Shown: positions 1 through 8,461 of the stretch, piece after piece | How positions within the stretch are numbered: position 1 is the stretch's first letter | How the letters are laid out: each line of letters starts with the position of its first letter | Origin: Gemmatales bacterium | GTDB lineage: Bacteria; Planctomycetota; Planctomycetia; Gemmatales; HRBIN36 | DNA length: 64,000 nucleotides | NCBI GenBank assembly: GCA_041640595.1 | Contig: JBEPZY010000007.1 | Coordinates: 149,611 to 213,610, forward strand | Direction of reading: 5' to 3' | Program-made: the position numbers and the translations under genes | The notes under the pieces: model-generated | Told to the model about the DNA's origin: nothing | Seen by the model: the letters and a program-made list of their open reading frames with translations, nothing else | The model's database searches: none

Positions 1-426
1 CGCTTCCGGTCGTGGCGGACAACCGGCAACATAAACATCCACCGGTACAACTAAATCCACGCCTTTGACGACGTTATAACCGTACTTATAGTACGGCCCG
101 CCGCCGGAGGTACAGGCACCCATAGCAATAACAAACTTCGGTTCCGGCATCTGGTTATAAAGTCGGCGGACGCGGCTGGCCATTTTGAAATTGACGGTTC
201 CCGCGACGATCATCAAATCAGCTTGCCGGGGCGTGGCGCGAAACGCTCCGGCGCCAAAGCGGTCAATATCGTAGCGGGACGCGCCGGTGGCCATCATTTC
301 AATGGCACAGCAGGCCAGCCCGAAAGTCATCGGCCAGACGCTTGCCTGTCTCGCCCAGTTAATCGCCTGTTCCAGCGTGGTCACGACCACGCCGCCCTGG
401 TCAAATTTTCCTTCCAGTAAGCCCAT
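1..426 (-). CDS. nuoB: NADH-quinone oxidoreductase subunit B (3' end runs off window)
   Basis: Not in the ORF track. Manual translation from ATG at 426 gives [10 protein letters not shown]...[16 protein letters not shown]...[16 protein letters not shown]...[13 protein letters not shown]...[14 protein letters not shown], the canonical NuoB motifs. Confidence 0.97.
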   Translation of the reverse strand, partial: MGLLEGKFDQGGVVVTTLEQAINWARQASVWPMTFGLACCAIEMMATGASRYDIDRFGAGAFRATPRQADLMIVAGTVNFKMASRVRRLYNQMPEPKFVIAMGACTSGGGPYYKYGYNVVKGVDLVVPVDVYVAGCPPRPEA

Positions 427-468
427 AGCGATTCCCCTCACGCACGAGCGTGCATTGGGTTACGTATG

Positions 469-1077
469 CTAAGCGGAAAGCGAAGCGGCTTCGGTTTCCA
501 GGATAGCCTTAGGCGGTGCGGCTTCGATTCGCAGAATCTGATTGCCCCGCGTTGTTCGTACCCATTCAATATCACCGCGTCGCCATAAATAAGCATAGCC
601 GAGCAGGAGTACGCCAAAAAACACGGCGATATCTATGAACGCCAACCAACCCCATACGAGAGCTTGTTCCGGCGACACAAGACTACCCGCGCTATCTGGG
701 TCTGTCGCCAACTTGGTTCGCATCTCGCCGGAATTAGCAAAAGTGTGCTCCGAAAAGAGTGTCGCTTCAATAGCGTGGCGGTGCTCTGGTGCAAGTGTAC
801 TGTCCGCCAGGGCTACGTATTTACCGAAAACTACCGCCCAGGGGAAAAAGAAGGCTACTTCGACGTCGAAAATGACGAACAGCAAAGCTACCACGTAATA
901 GCGAACGTCGAACTGAACCCAGGCCGTGCCGACACTGGGTTCACCGCACTCGTATGCGGTGAGTTTTTCCGGTTCCGGACGTTCCGGCCGAATCAGTTTG
1001 CCGATCAGTAAATTGACCAGCACGAAACCAGCGCCGACCACTGTAAAAATAAGCACGGCGGCAAGGATTATGCCCAT
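469..1077 (-). CDS. nuoA: NADH-quinone oxidoreductase subunit A with an insertion before the last TM helix
   Basis: KLTAYECGE, FDVRYYVVALLFVIFDVEVAFFFPWA and LLLGYAYLWRRGDIEW motifs; GGAGG-type RBS upstream; directly precedes nuoB. Confidence 0.95.
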   Translation of the reverse strand: MGIILAAVLIFTVVGAGFVLVNLLIGKLIRPERPEPEKLTAYECGEPSVGTAWVQFDVRYYVVALLFVIFDVEVAFFFPWAVVFGKYVALADSTLAPEHRHAIEATLFSEHTFANSGEMRTKLATDPDSAGSLVSPEQALVWGWLAFIDIAVFFGVLLLGYAYLWRRGDIEWVRTTRGNQILRIEAAPPKAILETEAASLSA

Positions 1078-1131
1078 GGCTATTGTCCCTCCAGCCCGGG
1101 ATCGTCCGAGCAGGCCAGACCTGCTCGCTGT

Positions 1132-1578
1132 TTAGCAGGATTTAGCGGGGCTTTGCGTATCGTTGGGTAGCTCTAGCTTTTGTCGGCCCGCAAAGCCGGC
1201 ATCCAGTTCATGCCAGTGTTGTACTTCCGGTTCTCCCAGTTTCCAGCAGAGGAATACTTCGCGTCCGTGCAGGATGGCTGGAAAATCTACCAGACCTTCC
1301 CAGCCCTTGAATTCCACGCCGAGCCGATGCAACTCTTCCAGGTATTCTTCCAGACGGCTCATGTCTTGCTGCAGTTCTTCGATCACGAGAGTTCGCTCTT
1401 CATCGTAGTAACGGCCGAAACCCGAACGGGCTTCGAGTTCGCCTAACCGTTGCTGGCGTTGTTGAATTTCTGCAGCCAACGAACAGATATCGCGCACGAT
1501 GACGCGGATCAGCGGCAGCATACGGTTGGCTTGTTCGACCGTGAAATGCCGGTCATATCGAAATGGCCGTCGCGGCAT
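1132..1578 (-). CDS. DUF2203-family protein
   Basis: FTVEQANRMLP...GLVDFPA...EVFLCWKLGE..V.HWHELDAGFAGRQ pattern. Confidence 0.88.
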   Translation of the reverse strand: MPRRPFRYDRHFTVEQANRMLPLIRVIVRDICSLAAEIQQRQQRLGELEARSGFGRYYDEERTLVIEELQQDMSRLEEYLEELHRLGVEFKGWEGLVDFPAILHGREVFLCWKLGEPEVQHWHELDAGFAGRQKLELPNDTQSPAKSC

Positions 1579-1620
1579 GGATGACGCGCCTATATGCTAG
1601 TGGGGCGAAGAAAAGTTTAT

Positions 1621-2211
1621 TCAGGATGAGCTAGCTGCTGCCTGGGGCTTAGCAGGCGGTTGATCTGGGGGCTTAACCCAAACCGGTTCCGTTCGCACCT
1701 TTGAAGCGGCTATGGCTGTCGGGTTAAGGGTTGCCTGTCCCCAGGCAACATCGAGCGGCAATTTGGCGAAATCTACCACCAGACCGTCTCGTGAATAACA
1801 GCTGATATCGTAATTCCATCCCATCCAGATGCAATCCACAGGACAGGGATCAACACACAAAGCGCAAAACATGCACTTGGAATAGTCAATTTTGAACCCG
1901 GTGACCAGGAAGCCTTTGCCTCTGGGATTGCGAGTTTTTTCGATGTAAATGCAATCCACCGGACAAGCGCGAGCGCACTTATCGCAACCGATGCAGGTGG
2001 TCAAATCGAAACGGTGAAAACCGCGGTAGCGCGGCTTTACGGGCACGGGCTTTTCCGGATATTCGAAAATGTGGGTGAAAGTTCCGTCAGCTTCGTAGGC
2101 TCCCAGCTTGCGGTTGCCACGAAGCGTGTCGAAGAAATACCGGAGGGTTACCAGCATTCCCTGGGCGACGGTCACCACGGCGACCAGCACATTGCGGAAC
2201 CATTCACGCAT
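1621..2211 (-). CDS. nuoI: NADH-quinone oxidoreductase subunit I (2x[4Fe-4S])
   Basis: FEYPEK...[19 protein letters not shown] and [19 protein letters not shown]; start taken at MREWFRN. Confidence 0.9.
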   Translation of the reverse strand: MREWFRNVLVAVVTVAQGMLVTLRYFFDTLRGNRKLGAYEADGTFTHIFEYPEKPVPVKPRYRGFHRFDLTTCIGCDKCARACPVDCIYIEKTRNPRGKGFLVTGFKIDYSKCMFCALCVDPCPVDCIWMGWNYDISCYSRDGLVVDFAKLPLDVAWGQATLNPTAIAASKVRTEPVWVKPPDQPPAKPQAAASSS

Positions 2212-2370
2212 AGCGTAGCTCCGGCGTTGGTTCGAGGATTGTTTTCCTATCGTTGGTGTCATTGTACGAATTGCTGGCTACCTCTGCCAGAGCCGATAGC
2301 CCTAGACAGTACCAGAACTCGCAACGTTTGGCGACAATTCACGCAAACCAGTGCCGGAAGATACACAAGA

Positions 2371-2408
2371 CCCGGTGCTGGAGGACCTAGCAGCGCTCCA
2401 GCACCGGG
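2371..2408 (-). terminator. Probable intrinsic terminator downstream of the wHTH gene
   Basis: Perfect 13-bp inverted repeat CCCGGTGCTGGAG / CTCCAGCACCGGG with a 12-nt loop, followed on the minus strand by TCTTGTGTATCTT. Confidence 0.5.
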
Positions 2409-2536
2409 CCCATGCAGGGATTGCACAATGACAGCTGCCGCTTGCAAGCCAGGGCGAGCCGCCAGCAGCGGTCAATCAATTCCGGCTCGCGCAATAAGCT
2501 TCCGAAGCGACCGCAAAGAAGCTGGCGCAGCTTGGA

Positions 2537-3004
2537 CTATGCCAGGGTGTAGGTACGGCTGGCAGGATCGCGCTTGACCTGGCCAAGTTCTACTAATTTG
2601 GTCAGGGTCTGGTTGACGATAACAGAAAAGCGCTGGCTGGTGGTCTTGTAGCCGGCATCGAGGACTGCCTGCTGAATGTCTTTCGGACGCATCGGTTTGC
2701 CGGCTTCGCGGAGCACCTTCAAGATGTATTCCCGCAAAGAGCCGGCTTCGGCTGGAGCACGACCGCGACGCTTAGCCGGGGCAGCAGGCGCTACTGCTTT
2801 CGGTGCCCGACGCATACCATCACCGGCTTGAACCGCTTTCAGTTCCTGGCGAATTTCTTCCGTGGCCTTTTCCTGGATGGAACCCAGCTGCTCCAAGGTT
2901 TGTTCGATTTGGGCCTGCAAGGAGCGTAATTGCTCCAGACGCTTGTTTAACAGTTTCTGAATCTCTGAGATGCTAAGTTGACTGATCGCGGGACCTCTAG
3001 GCAT
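2537..3004 (-). CDS. Coiled-coil + basic linker + winged-helix DNA-binding protein (Rok/H-NS-like architecture)
   Basis: N-terminal heptad helix; A/P/K linker with KRRGR; C-terminal SLREYILKVLREAGKPMRPKDIQQAVL...RTYTL winged helix; strong AAGGAGGT RBS. Confidence 0.75.
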   Translation of the reverse strand: MPRGPAISQLSISEIQKLLNKRLEQLRSLQAQIEQTLEQLGSIQEKATEEIRQELKAVQAGDGMRRAPKAVAPAAPAKRRGRAPAEAGSLREYILKVLREAGKPMRPKDIQQAVLDAGYKTTSQRFSVIVNQTLTKLVELGQVKRDPASRTYTLA

Positions 3005-3046
3005 GGGATTTACCTCCTTCTTTGTAAGTCCCAGGATAGCGTTACC

Positions 3047-3067
3047 ATAAGCTCCCCGTGAGCTTAT
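3047..3067. promoter_or_regulatory. Palindrome in the divergent wHTH/HD-GYP intergenic region (operator or 5'-UTR hairpin)
   Basis: ATAAGCTC-CCCGT-GAGCTTAT, perfect 8-bp arms in an AT-rich intergenic stretch. Confidence 0.4.
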
Positions 3068-3290
3068 CTGAACTTATATCTAAGTAAGAAACGGTCAGGT
3101 GGCAAGTGTCTAAACTAAAATTTTCGGTTTTTCCCAAGCGAACGAACCTGATTCAAGCATCAATTTCAGGAAAGCCGATGATTAGAGAGACTTTACTTGG
3201 CCCTTAGGTTTTGCCCGGTTTAGAGGGGCACAAGGCTGCTCGAAGCAGTGAACAAGCTAAATTTTGCTCTGGTGAACCGGGAGAGACGGA

Positions 3291-4739
3291 ATGACGCAGG
3301 TGCAAGTGGTCGAACGTGTTTCGGCGTTACGCAAACGGCTGGAAGAGATTGCTCCGAGTCATCCGCAACCCCTAAGCGAACTTTATCCTCAGCTAAAACA
3401 ACTTCAGGAGCTTTCTCGCCAGGCCCAGGTCTTGCAGACGCATTTGGGCAAAGTGCAAGACCGGCTCGATACGCTGGCTCCTAATGTTTCCTCCCTGGTT
3501 CATACTGGGCACCACCTGGCGGGCCCCCGGCAACTGTCGTGGCAAACCCGGCGATTATTGCTCGAATGTCGGGAGTGCCTGCAAACGCTTAGGAACATGG
3601 GTGAGGATTTGTCTGAAGAAGTCCTGGATAATCAGCGCTGGCTAGCCGCTTACCAGTTGACCGTTCACATGACCGAATGTTTATTGCGTGGCTTACAGGC
3701 TTTACCGGAAAGTGCTTTGGACCAAAACCGTCTGGCTCAGGGACTGGCAGGATGGCTAAACTGGCTGAGGGCGCAGGTGAACGCATTGGTTTCGCTCCGC
3801 GAGCGGCATAAACGCTTAGCCGAGCACATTTACGCCTTAGGCCACGCTATAGCGAACTTATCCCAGGGCCGACCGGTGTTGCAACGTCCCTTACTGGCGA
3901 TCGCAGAGGAGCTATTGCAAAGCGATCTGGCTAACCAACCGCTCGAGCTGCTGACACCTGTGCTGCCCCAGGAGCGATGGGCAGCAATACACGGCTGGAA
4001 TACCGCCCAGGTCGTGGCCCGAATAGTGAACCGGCATCCGGAATGCCGTAGTCGTGCTTTGTTTGCAGTGGTGGCAGCGCTTCTGCATGATTGTGGTATG
4101 GCCAGTCTATCGGCCAACATTTTTGAACAGGCATCGCCGCTTAGCGACGATCAGCGGCGTGAGGTGGAGGCTCATGTAGGAGTTAGTGCGGAAGCAATGC
4201 GCTTGCTGTGGCCTGATGAAACCTGGTTGGTAGAGGGTGTGCGAGCCCACCACGAACGTTTAGACGGGAGCGGTTATCCCTTTGGGGCGCAGGGTAAAGC
4301 AATAAACAGCCTGGCGCGCCTGCTGGCTGTAGCGGATACCTATGCCGCACTTTGTACTCGGCGCGCTTATCGTCCGGCCTATTCGCCACGTCAGGCTCTT
4401 ATGGAAGTACTGGCCGAATCCGAGCAAGGACGATTAGACGTAACCGCCGCCGAATTGTTGCTGGAATTGTCGCTCTACCCGATCGGTTCCATCGTGGAAT
4501 TGTCTGACGGCAGCATTGGCCAGGTGATTGCCCTCAATCAAGTTGCTTCCGATCAGCGATTAGCCACGCCTATCGTCGCCGTGCTTTTGGACGGTGAAGG
4601 TAAACCGCTGGGAATGCCGCGATACATCAACCTGGCGTCTAAGTCGGGCCCGCATCTGGTTCGGAACATACCCGTTGAAGAGTTACTGGAAATGCAACCC
4701 GGCGGATTCTGGGTGCAAATTTTGCCCGTTGTTGGATAA
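3291..4739 (+). CDS. HD-GYP domain cyclic-dinucleotide phosphodiesterase with helical N-terminus
   Basis: ALLHDCG, HHERLDGSGYPFG, LAVADTYAAL..RRAYR and YPIGSIVELSDG. Confidence 0.92.
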   Translation: MTQVQVVERVSALRKRLEEIAPSHPQPLSELYPQLKQLQELSRQAQVLQTHLGKVQDRLDTLAPNVSSLVHTGHHLAGPRQLSWQTRRLLLECRECLQTLRNMGEDLSEEVLDNQRWLAAYQLTVHMTECLLRGLQALPESALDQNRLAQGLAGWLNWLRAQVNALVSLRERHKRLAEHIYALGHAIANLSQGRPVLQRPLLAIAEELLQSDLANQPLELLTPVLPQERWAAIHGWNTAQVVARIVNRHPECRSRALFAVVAALLHDCGMASLSANIFEQASPLSDDQRREVEAHVGVSAEAMRLLWPDETWLVEGVRAHHERLDGSGYPFGAQGKAINSLARLLAVADTYAALCTRRAYRPAYSPRQALMEVLAESEQGRLDVTAAELLLELSLYPIGSIVELSDGSIGQVIALNQVASDQRLATPIVAVLLDGEGKPLGMPRYINLASKSGPHLVRNIPVEELLEMQPGGFWVQILPVVG

Positions 4740-5465
4740 GTGGTGCCCGTTATGTTTTTCGATCGCAGTTATTTTGCAGCCACATGTCATCCCTGGGTGT
4801 CGGGCCTGTATATAGTGGCGATGTTGTTATGCTATGAGATTGGCGTGTGGTATTGCCAGCAAGGGGACGATCTCGCCTGGCGGACTGGAATAGATGCGGG
4901 CTGGCGTTATCACATTCGACAAACGCCTTGGTACTGGCTCGAATGGGCACCAGCGGGATGTGTCATTCTTAGCCTGGGCGTCTGGTCGTTGTGGCGGTGG
5001 AAGGATAAACCGAGCGAGCCTGTGGCTACCCTCGCCGGAATGGTGCTGGAAAGTTTTGTCCTGGCGTTGCCGTTATTAGCACTGGCTCGGGCAGTAGCGC
5101 TGTGGGGTAATACAACTCTCCCTGGTACGGCACTAACTTCGCAGCGCGGGGCTAGCATCCTGGCCAGTCTGGGTGCCGGCGTTTACGAAGAAATCGTATT
5201 TCGGCTGATCCTGATTCCGGTTCTGCTTGCAATTGGCCGACTACTTGACCTCGGTCGGATATGGCGGCTTCTTCTGGCAGTAGTCCTGTCCGGAGTGTTT
5301 TTCGCAGCGGCACATCACATTCCGCCATTTCAGGAACCTTTCCGTCGGGAACTCTTTGTTTTTCGGGTCCTGGCAGGAACTTATTTCGGCCTGGTTTATC
5401 GCTTTCGAGGTATTGGGATCGCGGCGGGTACCCATGCTTGCTACGACTTACTGGCTACGGGATAA
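4740..5465 (+). CDS. CPBP (Abi/CAAX) family intramembrane glutamic endopeptidase
   Basis: AGVYEEIVFR, FFAAAHH and GTHACYD motifs; multiple TM segments. Confidence 0.88.
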   Translation: MVPVMFFDRSYFAATCHPWVSGLYIVAMLLCYEIGVWYCQQGDDLAWRTGIDAGWRYHIRQTPWYWLEWAPAGCVILSLGVWSLWRWKDKPSEPVATLAGMVLESFVLALPLLALARAVALWGNTTLPGTALTSQRGASILASLGAGVYEEIVFRLILIPVLLAIGRLLDLGRIWRLLLAVVLSGVFFAAAHHIPPFQEPFRRELFVFRVLAGTYFGLVYRFRGIGIAAGTHACYDLLATG

Positions 5466-5531
5466 ATGCAAACGGTAACACCGTGCTGGTTTGTTACCCA
5501 AGCCGCAGCACAGCTGAGACCAGGTGCCGGG

Positions 5532-7247
5532 CTAAACACGGCGTTGTAAGCGCTTGCCTAGCCGTCGTAAGGCCGGGCTTACATCTCCTGGAGGGATATG
5601 GACATTCAGCAAGCTAAAGGTGTCGCGATTCTTCAACGCGGCGTGCATGGCTTTTTCCAGATCGGTTTCGGTTCGAACTTCGAAACCCCAACCAGAGCCC
5701 AGAATATCAGGCAGGCGATGATAATTCCAGTTGAGAATGTCGTTAAACTTGCCTTCCATAATGAATCGCTCCGTCTGGTAACCGCCATTGTTGATGACGA
5801 TCACGATTGGATTGAAACCGAGTCGAACCGCGGTGCTAAGTTCCATGCCGGTCATCTGGAAGGCACCATCGCCTACCAGCACTAATGGTCGCAGCTTGCG
5901 ATCAGCGCATTGCACACCGATGGCTGCCGGTACCGAAAAGCCCATACTCGTGTAATAGGCGGGACTAATAAACTCGGTTTTCTGATGGATGGCTAAATCA
6001 GAGGCCCCGAACAGGGAATCGCCGATATCGGCCACGACCACCATATTGTCATCAAGAATGGAATTGATTTTCTGGAAAAGTCGGCGAATGGTGATAGGCG
6101 TATCGGGTTTGGCTTCCCAGGGTGCGTATATAGGATCTCGGGCTTCGGGCAGGGGGCGATCGTATTGAGGCAGGTTCTGTTCATATAGAGCCCGAAGGAA
6201 ATCTTCCAGCAGAATGCCCTGGTAATGGTGGTAACGAATTCGCACCGACTCCGCGGTGGCGAGGATAATGCGGCTCTCGTCAAACTTTTGCGTATAAATG
6301 CCCATCTCCATATCGGTCAGGTAAGTGCCCAGGGCCAGCAGACAGTCGGATTCCTCTACAAACTTAGTGACCTCAGGACGGCCCAATGCCGCCTCGTACA
6401 CGCCAACATAAAGGGGATGGCTTTCCTTGATGGCCGACTTTCCTAACAGTGTCGAGGTGATGGGAATGTGGGCTTTCTCAGCCAGTTGGACCACTAAATC
6501 CTGCAAACCAAAGCGGTGTACCTCAACGCCAGCCAGGATAATTGGCCGGGTGCTTTGCTGAAGCATCGCCAGGGCTTCCGAGACCGCTTCCTGCAGGGCA
6601 TTCGGATCGCTGCGAGGCTTTTCCAGGAAGGGACAGTGCTGGTAGAGAGGCCGGGTTTCGATAATGTCGCGGGGCAGCTCGATATAGACCGGCCGCTTGT
6701 AGCGGATACATGCGAATAACACCCGATCAATTTCTCGAAACGCGGTCAGTGGGTCTTCGAGAGCGGCACTGGCCACAGTGAGATGGCGGAACACTTCACG
6801 CTGGGTCTCGAAACTGCGAACGACGTGGTGCAAATACTGGTGGGGACCGCGCTCCCGCAGACCCGGCGCTCCGCTGATAACGACCACCGGGGATTCTTCT
6901 GCATAGGCACAGGCCACAGCATTGACAATGCTGAATCCTCCCACGCCATAAGTGACGCAGGCGACACCGATCCCCTTGATGCGGGCATAAGCATCTGCCG
7001 CGTAACCCGCCGATAGCTCGGTCGTCGTGCCCACCAGTTCCAGCGGACTGTTTTCCAACAGCTTGTAAAAACCGAGCACATAATCGCCCGGAATCCCGAA
7101 AACATGCCGGGCACCCAAATCATAAAGGCGACGAATCAGGTACTGCCCTAACGGCAACGAGACGGTATCTCGGACGCTTACAGCACCAGCAGTTCGGGAA
7201 CGATGCGGAACCTTTTTGGCCACGGGCGTAACTTTTTTGTTCGGCAT
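5532..7247 (-). CDS. TPP-dependent alpha-keto acid (indolepyruvate/pyruvate-type) decarboxylase
   Basis: FGIPGDY, ELSAGYAADAYARIKG, LHH and GDGAFQMTG...INNGGY; start at MPNKK after GAGGAG. Confidence 0.93.
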   Translation of the reverse strand: MPNKKVTPVAKKVPHRSRTAGAVSVRDTVSLPLGQYLIRRLYDLGARHVFGIPGDYVLGFYKLLENSPLELVGTTTELSAGYAADAYARIKGIGVACVTYGVGGFSIVNAVACAYAEESPVVVISGAPGLRERGPHQYLHHVVRSFETQREVFRHLTVASAALEDPLTAFREIDRVLFACIRYKRPVYIELPRDIIETRPLYQHCPFLEKPRSDPNALQEAVSEALAMLQQSTRPIILAGVEVHRFGLQDLVVQLAEKAHIPITSTLLGKSAIKESHPLYVGVYEAALGRPEVTKFVEESDCLLALGTYLTDMEMGIYTQKFDESRIILATAESVRIRYHHYQGILLEDFLRALYEQNLPQYDRPLPEARDPIYAPWEAKPDTPITIRRLFQKINSILDDNMVVVADIGDSLFGASDLAIHQKTEFISPAYYTSMGFSVPAAIGVQCADRKLRPLVLVGDGAFQMTGMELSTAVRLGFNPIVIVINNGGYQTERFIMEGKFNDILNWNYHRLPDILGSGWGFEVRTETDLEKAMHAALKNRDTFSLLNVHIPPGDVSPALRRLGKRLQRRV

Positions 7248-7447
7248 GATGGTTCTCCTCAAGCAGATGACGCTTGCCGTTTTTGCCTTCCATTGAAACA
7301 ATAAGGCGAGCTTATGCTTCCGACAAGGCGCTATACCGGGTTTCGGAGACGAATGGCGTAACATAGGTTACAAACCAGGTTTTCGCTAATGTTCGGACGG
7401 GGTTGGAACTGCCCAACTGAGTCAGGCAAGACCGACCGGGAGTTGGT

Positions 7448-8443
7448 TTATCGGCTCCTGGAACTCGCAAAGCCCCGAGGATGCGTCCGATGCCAGCGCC
7501 AGGCCGTCTCAACGATGCTGCGCAGGTCAGTATAACGAGGTTGCCAGCCTAATAGCTGGCGAGCTCGGCTGCTATCGGCAACTAAGTGTGGGGGATCTCC
7601 CGGTCGCCGGGGACTTTCACGCACCGCGATCGGTTTACCCGTAACTTCCTTGCACGCGGCGATGACTTGGCGGACACTGTATCCCCGACCGATTCCCAGA
7701 TTGCAAACGATTCCTTCACCAACGCGGATTCGTTCCAGAGCACGCACATGGGCATCGGCCAGGTCGTCCACATGCACATAATCGCGAATGCAGGTACCGT
7801 CCGGGGTATCATAGTCGGTGCCAAAAATTTCGACGAAGGGCCTGAGGCCCAGCGCGGTTTGTAATACCAGAGGAATTAGATGGGTCTCCGGCTCGTGATC
7901 TTCTCCAATGCTTGCGTCTGGATGTGCCCCAGCCGCATTGAAATAACGCAGACTCGCATAGCCGAGTTTGCCAACCCGGCAAAGGTCAGCCAGGGCCCAC
8001 TCGAAAGCCAGCTTGCTTCGTCCGTACGGGTTGACTGGAAGGGTCGGTGAGTCTTCAGGAATCGGGATGGTGGTCGGCACCCCGTACACTGCGCAGGTGC
8101 TTGAGAAAACTATCTTCGGAACATCTGCCTGTAGCATCGCTTGCAGGAGTGCCAGTCCACCGCGTAGGTTGTTTTCGTAGTAAAGTTGTGGTTGCTGCAT
8201 GGATTCGCCGACCAGGGCAAAGGCAGCGAAGTGCAATACCGCTTCAATCCGTTTTTCTCGTAACACCCGTGTGAGGTGGTCAACGTCGCGAATGTCGCCG
8301 GGAATTAGAACGTCCTCGGGCACCGCCTCTCGATGACCGCGCGAGAGATTGTCCAGCACCCAAACCTGGTGTCCGGCTTCGAGCAAAGCTCGCACCGTGT
8401 GGCTACCAACATAACCTGCCCCACCGGTCACCAGAATACGCAT
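7448..8443 (-). CDS. galE: UDP-glucose 4-epimerase
   Basis: VTGGAGYVGSH, NPYGRSK, LRYFNAAGA and DGTCIRDYVHV. Confidence 0.95.
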   Translation of the reverse strand: MRILVTGGAGYVGSHTVRALLEAGHQVWVLDNLSRGHREAVPEDVLIPGDIRDVDHLTRVLREKRIEAVLHFAAFALVGESMQQPQLYYENNLRGGLALLQAMLQADVPKIVFSSTCAVYGVPTTIPIPEDSPTLPVNPYGRSKLAFEWALADLCRVGKLGYASLRYFNAAGAHPDASIGEDHEPETHLIPLVLQTALGLRPFVEIFGTDYDTPDGTCIRDYVHVDDLADAHVRALERIRVGEGIVCNLGIGRGYSVRQVIAACKEVTGKPIAVRESPRRPGDPPHLVADSSRARQLLGWQPRYTDLRSIVETAWRWHRTHPRGFASSRSR

Positions 8444-8461
8444 GGATTCTCCCCAATTACG

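Noticed and set aside
2328..2347. Possible Rex operator upstream of nuoI
   Set aside because: Only a GTGAA half-site; the TTGTGAA-N4-TTCACAA palindrome is not met here or at 11746-11763.
2259..2447. 62-aa ORF upstream of nuoI
   Set aside because: Overlaps a probable terminator hairpin; no RBS or recognisable motif.
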